64,000 nucleotides of DNA from Chiloscyllium plagiosum (taxonomy: Eukaryota), in NCBI RefSeq assembly GCF_004010195.1, contig NC_057728.1, positions 52,218,401 to 52,282,400 of the forward strand, read 5' to 3'. The translations under genes were made by a program, and so were the position numbers. The number at the start of each line of letters is the position of its first letter. The first letter of the stretch is position 1. The notes beneath the pieces were generated by a model. The model was not told the DNA's origin. It ran no database searches and saw nothing but the letters and a program-made list of their open reading frames with translations. Of this stretch, positions 49,988-60,579 are shown piece by piece.

Positions 49988-52900
49988 GAAGGTGATGGCC
50001 TAGCAGTATTATTGTTAGACTATTAATTCAGAGAGCTAGGTAATATTCTGGGGACTCGGGTTCAAATCCCACCATTGCAAATTTTAAAAATCTGGAATTA
50101 AGAATCTACTAATGACCATGAAACCACTGTCAATTATTAGAAAAAACAATTAATTTGAAAGAAATCTGTCGTCCTTGCCTGGTCTGTCCTAAATGTGAGG
50201 AGAAAGTGAGGGCTGCAAATGCTAGAGATCAGAGTTGAGAGTGTGTTGCTAGAAAAGCACAGCAGTTCAGGCAGCATCCGAGGAGCAGGAGATGGACGTT
50301 TCGGGCATAAGCCCTTCATCAGGTATCTCCTGCTTTGATTCTCCTGCTCCTCGGATGCTGCCTGACCTGCTGTGCTTTTCCAGCAACACACTCTCGACTC
50401 TGTCCTGCATGTGACTGTAGTCCCAAAGCAATGTGGTTCACAGTCATGTGCCCTCTGAAATGGCCTTGCAAGCCATTCAGTTATAACAATCTCTACAAAG
50501 TGTCAAAGGAATGAAACTAGACGGATCACCTGACAATAACCTGAAAAGACAATGGCAGAAATACCCCTGCAAAGTTCTCCTTACTAACATCTGGGGCTAG
50601 TGCCAAAACTGTGAGAGCTGTCTCACAGACTAGTCAAGCAACAGTCTGACATGGGTTATACTAGTGGAAACATACCTTACAGACAATGTCCCAGACAACA
50701 CCATCACTATTCCTGCATATGTCTTATCCAACTGGCAGGACAGCCCCAGCAGAATTGATGGCACCGTGGTATACAGTAGGGAGGAAGTTGCCCTAGGAGT
50801 CCTCAACATTGACTCTGGACCCAATGAGGTCTCGTAGCTTCAGATTAAGCATGGGCAAGGAATCTCCTGCTGATTACCACATCCTGTCCTCCCTTGGCTG
50901 ATGAATTAGTACTCCTCCATGTTGAACAATACTTGAAGGAATCACTGAGGATGGCAAGGATGCAAAATGTGTTCTGGGTGGGGATTTCAGAGTCCACTGC
51001 CAAGAGTGGCTTGGCAGCAGTATTACTGATCGAGCTGATCGGGCCCTAAAGGACATAGCTGCTAGACTAGGTCTGTGGCAGGTAGTGAGGGAACCAGCAA
51101 GAGGTTGAAACATACTTGACCTCGTCTTTACCAATCTCCCAGCTGTAGATGCATCTGTCCATGACAGGATCAGGAAGAGCGACCACTGCACAATCCTTGT
51201 GGAGATGAAGTCCTGCCTTCACATTAAGAATAACCTCCATAGTGTTGTGGGGCACTCTCATTATTTCAAATGGGACAGACATTACACAGATCTAGCAACT
51301 TAAGACTGAGCATCCATGAGGCATTGTGGAGCATCAACAGCAGCAGAATTGTACTCCAGCACAATCTGTAACCTCACAGCCTGGCATATCCCGCAATCAA
51401 CTATTACCATCAAGCCAGGCGATCAACTCTGATTCAGTGGAGAGTGCCAGGAACAGCACCAGGCACACCTGAAGATGAGGTGTTAACCTAGTGAAGGCAC
51501 CAAACAGGACTTCTCGCATATCAAACAGCAATAAGCAGCAAGCAACAGATCAGATCTAAGCTCTGCAGTCCTGTCACATCCAGTCGTGAATGGTAGTGAA
51601 TGATTAAACTGGAGGAGGAGGAAGCGCCACAAATATCCCCATCCTCGATGATGGAAAAGCCCAGCACATCAGTGCACAGGATGGGGCTGAAGCTTTTGCA
51701 ACAATCTTCAGCCAGAAGCGCTGAGTGGATGATCCATCTCCACCTCCTCCAGTGGTCCAGAGCATTACAGATGCCAGTCTTCAGTTAATTTGATTCACTG
51801 CACATGATATCAAGAAACATTTGGAGACACTGGATACTGCAAAGACTATGGGCCCGAACAACATTCCGGCAATACCATTGAAGACTTGAGGTATAAAACT
51901 TGCTGCTCCCCAAGTACAGGTACAGCACTGGTGTCTCCCCGGCAATGTGGAAAATTGCCCAAGTATGTCCTGTACGTAAAAAGCAGGATAAATCCAACTT
52001 GGCCAATTAACGTTCTGTCATTTTGCTCTCGACCATCATTAAAGTAATGTCATCCACAGTGCTATCAAGCAGCACCTACTGAGCAATAATCTGCTCAGTG
52101 AAACCAAGTTTGGGTACTGCCAGGACCACTCTATTCTTGACCTCAAACATGGACAAGAGAGTTGAATTCCAGAGGTGAGGTCAGAGTGACTCCTCTTGTC
52201 ATCAAGGTTGCATTCGACCAAGTGTGGCATCATGGAGCATTAGTAAAACTGGAATCAATTCATTTCAGGGGGAAATCTGTGCTGGCTGGAGTCATAGCTG
52301 ACACATAGGAAGGGGGTCGTGGTTGTTGGAGGTCAGTCATCTCAGCTCCAGGAAACTTTTGCAGGAGTTCAACGGGGTAATGTCCTAGGCCCAACCATCT
52401 GCAGCTGCTTCATCAATGACCATCCCTCATAAGGTCAGAAATGGGAATGTAGCCAATGATTGCACTATGTTCAGTACCATTCATGACTCCTTAGATACTG
52501 AAGCAGTCCATGTCCAAATACAACAAGGTCTGGACAATATCCAGACTTGGGCTGATAAGTGGCAAGTAACATTCGTGCCACACAAATGCCAGGCTATGAA
52601 CATCATCAATAAGAGACAATCTAACCAGCACTCCTTGATATTCAATGGTGTTACCATCACTGAATCCCCCACTATCAACATCCTGGGGTTATCATGGACC
52701 AGAAACTCAAGTTGTCTCACATCATAAACATAGTAGCTACAAAAGCAGGCCAGAGTCTAGAAGTACTGTGGTGAGTAACACATCTCCTGACTCCCCAAAG
52801 CCTGTACACCATCTACAAGGCACAAGTCAGGAGTGTGATGGAATACTCTTCACTTGCCTGGAAGAATGCAGCTCCAACAACACTCAAGAAGCTTAACCCC

Positions 52901-53348
52901 ATCCAGGACAAAGCAGCCCATTTGATTGGGACTACATCTGCAAGCATCCACTCCCTCTACCGCCAACATTCAGTAGCAGCAGTGTGTACTACTATAAGAT
53001 GTATTGCAGAAATTCACCAAAGATCCTTAGGCAGCACCTACCAAACCCATGACTACTTCCATTTGGAAGGTCAAGGGCAGCAGATATACTGGATCACTAC
53101 CACATTCAAGTTCCCCTCCAAGCCACTCACCATCCTGGCTTGGAAATATATTGCTATTCCTTCACTGTTGCTAAGACACAATCCTGGAATTCCCTCTCTA
53201 ATGGCATGATGGGTCACCGCACAGGAGATGGATCACAGCAGTTAAAGAAGGCAGCACACCACCTCTTTCTCAAGGGCAACTAGGGACTGGGAATAAATGC
53301 TGGTCCAGCCAGCGATGCCCAAATCCTACAAATGTATATTAAAAAAAT
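49988..53348 (+). mobile_element. CR1/L2-group LINE with SINE-like (tRNA + Deu) 5' end, decayed ORF2; family A inverted insert at about 50197-50402
   Basis: EN start NIWGLVPKL..ETYL; RT WKIAQVCPVRKKQDKSN and GV.RGNVLGP; tail gggcaactagggac..aataaatgctgg. Confidence 0.8.
50295..50322 (-). ncRNA. Hammerhead core, family A (core intact, stem I imperfect)
   Basis: CTGATGA-A-GGGC(TTAT)GCCC-GAA-ACGT-C on the minus strand. Confidence 0.55.
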
Positions 53349-53590
53349 TGCTGCCATCGTGAGAAGAACCCTTTTCACCCCACACTCTGCTTTCAGCCAG
53401 ACAGCCAAAAAGTGTCTTAACTATTAATTCAATTGCTCTGTCATTTTAATCTTTGAGAGTGTAGAAAGATATAACTGGTGCTTAAAGATTAAAATTTTGC
53501 TTGCTGTTTAAATTTTAAAAAAATCAAACTGTTCAAAGATGTTATTACAATAAAACCATACGACATAGGAGCAAATATTAGACCATTCAG

Positions 53591-54640
53591 GACGGATGCA
53601 TGGCAGATGCAGTTTAATGTGGATAAATGTGTGGTTATCCACTTTGGTGGCAAGAACAGGAAGGCAGATTACTACCTAAATGGAGTCAAGTTAGGTAAAG
53701 GGGCAGTACAACGAGATCGGCCCAACAAGACCACACCGACCTTCCGAAGAGTAACCCACCCCCGACTTATACACCTCACACTATGGACAATTTAGCATGG
53801 CCAATTGACCTGACCTGCACATTTTTGGAATGTGGGAGGAAACCGGAGCAGCCGGAGGAAACCCACGCAGACACAGGGAGAATGTGCATACTCCACACAG
53901 ACAGTCACCCGAGGCTGGAATCGAACTTGGGACTCTGGTACTGTGAGGCAGCAGTGCTAACCACTGAGCCACTATGCCGCCCCAACAATGAAGAAAGCTA
54001 ATAGCATGCTGGCCTTCATAACAAGAGGAATTGAGTAGAGAAGCAAAGAGTTCTTTCTGCAGCTGTACAGGGCCCTGGTGAGACTGCGCCTGGAGTATTG
54101 TGTGCAGTTTTGGTCTCCAAATTTGAGGAAAGACATTCTGGCTATTGATGGAGTGCAGCGTACATTCATGAGGTCAGTTCCCGGAATGGCGGGACTATCA
54201 TATGCTGAAAGTTTGGAGCGACTGGGTTTGTATATGCTTGAGTTTAGAAGGCTGAGAGAGGATCTGATTGAGATGTATAAGATTATTAAAGGATTGGACA
54301 CTCTGGAGGCAAGAAGCATGTTTCTGCTGATGGGTGAGTCCCGATCCAGAGGACACAGTTTAAAAATAAGGGGTAGGCCACTTAGAACAGAGTTGAGGAG
54401 AAACTTCTTCACCCAGAGAGTGGTGGGTGTATGGAATACTCTACCCCAGAAGGCTGTGGAGGCCAAGTCTCTGGAAACTTTCAAGAAAGAGTTGGATAGA
54501 GCTCTTAAGGATAGTGGAATCAAAGGTTATGGGCAGGAACAGGATACTGATTGAGGATGATCAGCCATGATCATAATGAATGGTGGTGCTGGCTTGAAGG
54601 ACAGAATGGCCTACTCCTGCACCTATTGTCTATTGTCCAT
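53591..54640 (+). mobile_element. CR1 3' fragment containing a minus-strand V-SINE (about 53718-53982)
   Basis: 158-aa CR1 C-terminal ORF 54078-54554; V-SINE with A/B boxes. Confidence 0.88.
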
Positions 54641-56490
54641 TATCAATCTGCTAAACCATTCAATCATGGCTGATAAATTTCTCAATCCCATTCTCTCACT
54701 TTCTCCCTGTAATCCTTGATACTCAGGAACCTATCTATCTCAGTCTTAATATACTCAATGACTTGTCCTCCACAGCCACTCTCTGGCTGAAGATGTTTCT
54801 CCTTGTCTCCATTCTATAAAGTCTTCCCTTTGTTCTAAGACCGCCCTCGGGTCCTAGTCTCTTCTGCCAATGGAGACATCTTCCCAACATTCACATTGTC
54901 CAGCAATTCATTATTCTGTATGCTTCAATTAGATCCCCCAACGTCCTTCTAAACTCCAATAAGTATAAGAAACCAGAGTCCTTTAAACGTTCCTCATATG
55001 TTAAGCTTTTCATTCGTAGGACCATTCTTGTGAACCTTCTTTGAACATGTTACAGGGCCAGTATATCCTTCCTGAGGTATGGGGCCCAAAACCGCGCACA
55101 ATACTCCAAATGTGGTCTGGCCAGAACCTTACAGAGCCTCAGAAATACATGCTTGCTTTTATTTTCAAGTCCTCTGAAAATAAATGCCATTATTGCATTT
55201 GCCTTCCTAATTACTGACTCAATGTGCAAGTTTACCTTGACAGAATCCTGGACTAGAACTCCCCAAGTCACTTTGCACTTCTGACTTCTGAATGTTCTCC
55301 CCATTTAGAAAATAGTCTATGCCTCTAGTCTTCCTACCAAGGTGCATGACCTCACACTTTCCCATATTGAACTCCATCTGTCATTTCTTTGCCCACTCTC
55401 TTAACCTGTCTAAATCCTTCTGCAGCCTCTCCACCTCTTCAGTGCTACCAGTCCCTCTACCTATTTTTGTACCATTTGCACATTAGCCAGAAGATACATC
55501 ACAAATGTATAAAGTGTAAAGTTGTGGTCCCAACACTGAGCATTACAGAACACCACTTGTCACTGGCTGCCATTCTGAGAAGGACCCTTTTATCCCCACT
55601 CTCTGCTTTCTGCTAGACAGCCAAGCTTCTATCATTGCTAGCACCTTGCCTCTGACACCATGGGACATTGTCTTACTAAGTAGCCTCCTGTGTGGCACCT
55701 TGTCAAAGGCCTTCTTGAAGTCCAGGTTGATAACATCCATTGGATCTCCTTAGTCTAATCTGGCCATTACTTCCTCAAAGAATTCTAGCAGATTTGTCAG
55801 GCATAACCTACCTTTGATTAAACCATGCTGACTTTGTGCCCTATTTTACCATACACTTCCAAGTATTCAGAAATCTTATCCTTCACAATGGATTCCAGGA
55901 TCTTACCCATGATGGAGGTTAGCCTAATTGGTCTGTAATTTTCTGTCTTTTGCCTTACTCCCTTTTGAAATGGGGGTATCATGTTAGCCATTTTCCAGTC
56001 TTCTGGGACCCTTTCTGATTCTAGCGATTCCTGAAAGATTACCACTAATGCCTCCACTATCTCTTCAGCTATCTCTCTTAGAACTCTGGGGTGTCGTCCA
56101 TCTGGCCCAGGTGATTTATCGACCTTCAGATCATTTAGTTTTTCTAGCACCTCCTTGGCGATGACCACCAAATCAGCTCTGCCCCCTCACTCTCTTGAAC
56201 GTTTGGAATATTTACTCGTGTCTTCCACTGTGAAGTAATTATTCAGTTCCTCAGCCATTTCCTTGTTCCCACTACTATCTCGCCAGTATCATTTTTCAGC
56301 AGCACAATATCTTTTGCCTCTCATTTGCCCTTTATATATCTAAAGAAACATTTACAGTCTTCCTTTATATCAATCTCATATTTAATCTTTTCCCTTCTAA
56401 TTTCTTTTTTTTCCCATTTATTGGCCTTTATAAGCTTCCCAATCCTCTGGTTTCCCTCTGCCCTTCGCCACATTATATGCTTTCTCTATT
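54640..56490 (-). mobile_element. CR1 LINE ORF2 fragment
   Basis: DKSPGPDG.HPRVL, NYRPI.LTS, LDFKKAFDKVPH. Confidence 0.9.
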
Positions 56491-56995
56491 ACACATTTCT
56501 GGAGCAGATGAGACTTAGAACTGGGCCTCTTGGTCCAGAGATAGGGACTCTGTGCTGCAAAGTCCCCAATGTTTTATTGGATATTATTAATGGACTTGTC
56601 CAGTGATGCTGTTACACATCTCTGGAGCACATGGGAATTGAACTCGGGCCTTTAGGCTCAGAGGTTTGGACATATCACCACACCACAAGATCTCCTACCT
56701 TTTTAATAATGTTTTTATATTATATTTTTGAATCAACCTGTTAAGAGGTGTTGTTACACATGTTTGAGCAGGTGGGCCTTGAACCCAAGTCTCATGGCTC
56801 AGAAATAGGGAATCTACCATTTTGCCACCATCTCCCCTTAAAATAATGAAGGAAGAGGGTAGTTTTATGAAACAACCTGTTACGATGCATCTCTGCAGCA
56901 GATTGGACTTGAACCCAAACCTTCTGGCTCAGATGCAGGAACACTACCACTGTGTTATTAGGAGCCTTACATTTTTTAATTTAGGCCAGAATCAT

Positions 56996-57205
56996 TTTCC
57001 GCAGTTTCAGTTACCCACGGTTTACTGCGGCCGGAACATATTATAGGGAACCTTCCAGAACCGGGAATCTTCCAGAACCAGGAACCAGGGGGCTGCAGGA
57101 AAGGTATATTTCCCATTGAAATGAATGGGTTCGCTCCTATCCATGGTTTCGGACTTCCGCAGTAGGTCCTGAAACGTATCCCCCACGGGTATTGGGGGAC
57201 TGCTG
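56996..57205. mobile_element. Truncated Tigger-like DNA transposon / MITE
   Basis: Right end GGGGGACTGCTG|TA resembles a pogo/Tigger TIR with TA target; CpG-rich. Left TIR not seen. Confidence 0.5.
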
Positions 57206-57298
57206 TACCGCTAACTCTTCACACCTGCTAATGCTTAATTTTTCTTACTGCTGCTGCATCACTAACTGCCTGCTTTCAGATCACTTTCAGTCTATCCA

Positions 57299-57427
57299 GT
57301 GACTTGGAAGGGAGCTAGGTGGTGTTCTCATGCTGCCCTTACATTTCAAGGTGGTTGAAGACATTATTAAGAATTGAAAATGCCATGGTGAATTATGTAG
57401 TGCAGCTGATATGTATTGTACATTGCA
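57299..57427 (+). repeat. 129-bp near-identical copy of 59191-59319
   Basis: One mismatch seen by eye; followed by short tandem gtttgctaagttattactgca repeats. Confidence 0.92.
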
Positions 57428-57987
57428 GTTTGCTAAGTTATTACTGCAGTTGCTAAGTTGTACTGCAGTTTGCTAAGTTATTACATTAATTGCTAAGCTT
57501 TTGTTCTCTTTGCTATCTCATGAATATTTTTGCATCAACTTATTCAGAGTTTCTGGATCAGGTGGGACTTAAACCCTTATGGTATGGTGATACTGTCCTT
57601 TCCTCTAAGCCAGAAGACCTGGGTTCAAGTTCCATCTGCTCCAGAGATATGCAATAACATCTTTGAACAGGTTGATTAGAAAATATCTGCTCTTTATTAG
57701 TAAGGGCTCTTGTGATGCAGTAGTACCATCTCTAGAAGGCTGGGTTCAAATCCGACCTACTCCAGAGGTGCATCATATATCTTTTCTGAACAGGCTGGTT
57801 AGAAAATATCTAAAGGCAGAAAGTGAGTGAAACTTAGCTGGTTTGGCATCATCAATGTGAAGACGTTTCACATTTTGAGTCCAGTTTGACTCTTGTTTGG
57901 AACACAGATTAATTTATGTAGACTGATAATGGTATTTTAGCTACCATGAATTGGTAATAATTGTTTTTATAAATTACCTTTTGTAAG

Positions 57988-58037
57988 CAGGGTTGGAGGA
58001 TACGTCCACGTGATGCTTATGGCCCTCGTCCTGATGC
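57988..58037 (+). CDS. caps2: Calcyphosin-2, second coding exon
   Basis: (Q)GWRIRPRDAYGPRPDA; NAGNAG acceptor (start 57988 or 57991), donor GTAAGT. Phase 0 to 2 fits the flanking exons. Confidence 0.75.
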
Positions 58038-58204
58038 GTAAGTATTTATTCTCCAATTTATTTTATATTAGGTTTATAGCTTGATCATAAGTTATAATAA
58101 AGGTGATTTTAACTTTTGCGGATAAGACTTCTCATCTTCATTTCCCTTTTAGGTGAGATGTTAAAATTGTTACATGTTGTGTTCCTTGCTTTCCTCTTAA
58201 CAGT

Positions 58205-58545
58205 TGATAAGAAGTGGGGTTGGGGGTTCCAAAACGAGAAGGCATAGTTTTAAGGTGAAAGGGGAAAGATTTAAGAAATACCTGAGGAGTAAACTTTTCA
58301 TGTAGATGATGGTATGTGTATGGAATGAGCTGCCAGGAGATGTGATGGAGGCTGGTACAATTACAACATTTAAAACATAGCTGGATGGGTCCATGACTAG
58401 GAAGGTTTTAGAGGGAAATGGGCCAAATGCTAGCAAAATGGGCCAAATGCTAGCAAAATGGGACTCGGTGAGATTGGGATGTCTGGTCTGTTTGGCGTGG
58501 ACAAGTTGAACTGATGGTCTGTTTTTGTGCTGTATGGCTTTATAA
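58205..58545 (+). mobile_element. CR1 3' end
   Basis: WNELPGDVMEAG; internal 21-bp tandem duplication. Confidence 0.8.
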
Positions 58546-59437
58546 TGCTTTGGTATATACAAAAAGGACAGCTTTATCTGCTCATTAAAGGCAGTTGTTG
58601 GTGTCACACTCTCATTGAGTCATTCAGTCTTTTGAGACTGACTGGTTGTTTTCTCTGAATTATTTATGAGTTTCGTCATATCTTTTGACACTCGGGATAT
58701 CTGCTTTGAATTTTTTAGCCATATTAAGCATTTGTTGTCTCTTGGACTCTCGTGTACTCTCACTTTCTTCAGCCATCTCTTTTCTTTCATCCTTTCCCTG
58801 AAAATGCTATGCCAAAGGGGTAAGCTTTAAAGTAAATAGGCTGAAACATATGCGTTAAATTTTTTTTATTTCTGCAGCCCCAATGAGGTTTGTGCCACTG
58901 CACTACAATGTTTATGATCTATAATAAGCCATCAATGTCACACATGGGGAATTGATGTGTGTATTTTATATTAACTCTAGTGTAATTGGCAAAGCTAACA
59001 TTTATTGACCATAACTGCCTGACCCTTGGCATAGTGGTTATTCTTCACATGGATTCGCTGCAGTCTGTGTGGCAAAGCTGCTCACACAATCTTGTAGGGG
59101 CAAGGAACATATACAGAACATAGAACAGCAGTTCTGGGATATTGACCCAGTGATAATTGAGATACTGTACATTCCAAGTTGGAACGGTATGTGACTTGGA
59201 AGGGAGCTAGGTGGTGTTCTCATGCTGCCCTTACATTTCAAGGTGGTTGAAGACATTATTAAGAATTGAAAAAGCCATGGTGAATTATGTAGTGCAGCTG
59301 ATATGTATTGTACATTGCAACCGCATTATGCTTGTGGTAGTGTGAGCAAAGTTTTTTTACAAGGTGCTGAAGATGCCCTCTGATTTGTACGGTAATTCCC
59401 CCTATTGAAAATTACAATAGGATTTTCTTCATTTCAG

Positions 59438-59483
59438 TGTCCCCGCATTAGACTTGAGGAGACTTGGTGATTCCGATGGTGAG
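59438..59483 (+). CDS. caps2: Calcyphosin-2, third coding exon
   Basis: VPALDLRRLGDSDGE, cf. human VPRLDLGSLVDSDDE. tttcAG/GTAAAC flanks, phase 2 to 0. Confidence 0.9.
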
Positions 59484-60264
59484 GTAAACTCTGACTCATA
59501 TTCTAAAATTGAATTTTTGAAATGCCATTGTGACTTTGAAACAGATTAAAAGTCTGGAATGAGATTTTGTTCTAAAATTTTGCCCAAATATGGATTGATT
59601 TTTAGAGCTCCAGTTCCAGATTCTAAATTCAGAATTTGCTTGATATTTAAAGAAAGCTGGTTTCTGAACTATATCTTTTCCTGATGTTCTGTAGTGGAGA
59701 AGTGTGAACACATAAAGAAAATGAGAATATATTGCTTCTCTGGAAATTTTGCTAGAATAATCTCCCTTTTTTGCTTTTCTTACATATTTTTGCAACGTTC
59801 TGCATTTTTCCTAACCTGAACATCATAATTTGTACAGCTGATGCATGCTCTTAGACTGTTGCAATATGAAAACAGGCCAGTGAGCACTGGTGTTTTAATC
59901 CATAGGCATCAATGTCCCACTCATGCACCGGAGGCTTTTAATATTCCTGTTTATAAAAAGAAAATAACTAACTTTAATAATGCATCTGAAATCTCCTTCA
60001 ACAGTGATTTATAGCATGGAATACCACATTCTTTGAAAGGATGCTCCTGTGAATTGCCTCAGGGAATGTTCTACTATATTAAAGATGTATTGGAGAGAAT
60101 TGAAAGGTTTAAATGGAGCTTTATGAGCTATTTGCCATTTAGCCCATATATCCAACAAATTGCATTAGTATAAACACTGCATGATAATTGCTATTTGACC
60201 ATGTAAATGCTCAACTTAATTGAGATTGCTGTTGATTAACACCTATACCAATTCTTCCTTGTAG

Positions 60265-60390
60265 AATGATTTATCTTATACACCTGTGATGAAAGAACAT
60301 CCTCGCTTAGCGTCTCCGGATTCTTCCTCGACTGTTAGCTGGGGTACACCCTTTCCAGCTCCGTTTCCCCATCGCCGCACCTACCGTGAG
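60265..60390 (+). CDS. caps2: Calcyphosin-2, fourth coding exon (gene continues beyond the window)
   Basis: NDLSYTPVMKEHPRLASPDSSSTVSWGTPFPAPFPHRRTYRE, cf. human DNFSYIPL..NSSSTLGWVTP. 126 nt with AG/GT flanks. Confidence 0.88.
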
Positions 60391-60579
60391 GTCTGTTTAT
60401 GATGTGAATGGTTGACTATTGATCAGAGAGTGCATATCCCAGGATGGTTTTCATTTTATCACGTACAAGCTGTAATAGAATTGTAACAACATACAGCACT
60501 GTTATAATTCCAGCTAATGGTAGTATTATCAAGTCAGATCCCAGAGTGAAACATGGCTCATTTGATAATAAACTTCATT

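Larger units (their letters stand above)
56490..57815. repeat. Cluster of short (about 120 bp) tRNA-derived SINE monomers
   Basis: Four minus-strand copies (56490-56965) and two plus-strand copies (57575-57812) of gggctcttgtggtgcagtggtag..gggttcaagtc..ctccagag..gaacaggttga. Confidence 0.7.

Noticed and set aside
53900-53982. tRNA genes (A/B boxes here and at about 8975, 45490, 57700, 62400)
   Set aside because: SINE heads: no complete cloverleaf, and they continue into repeat bodies.
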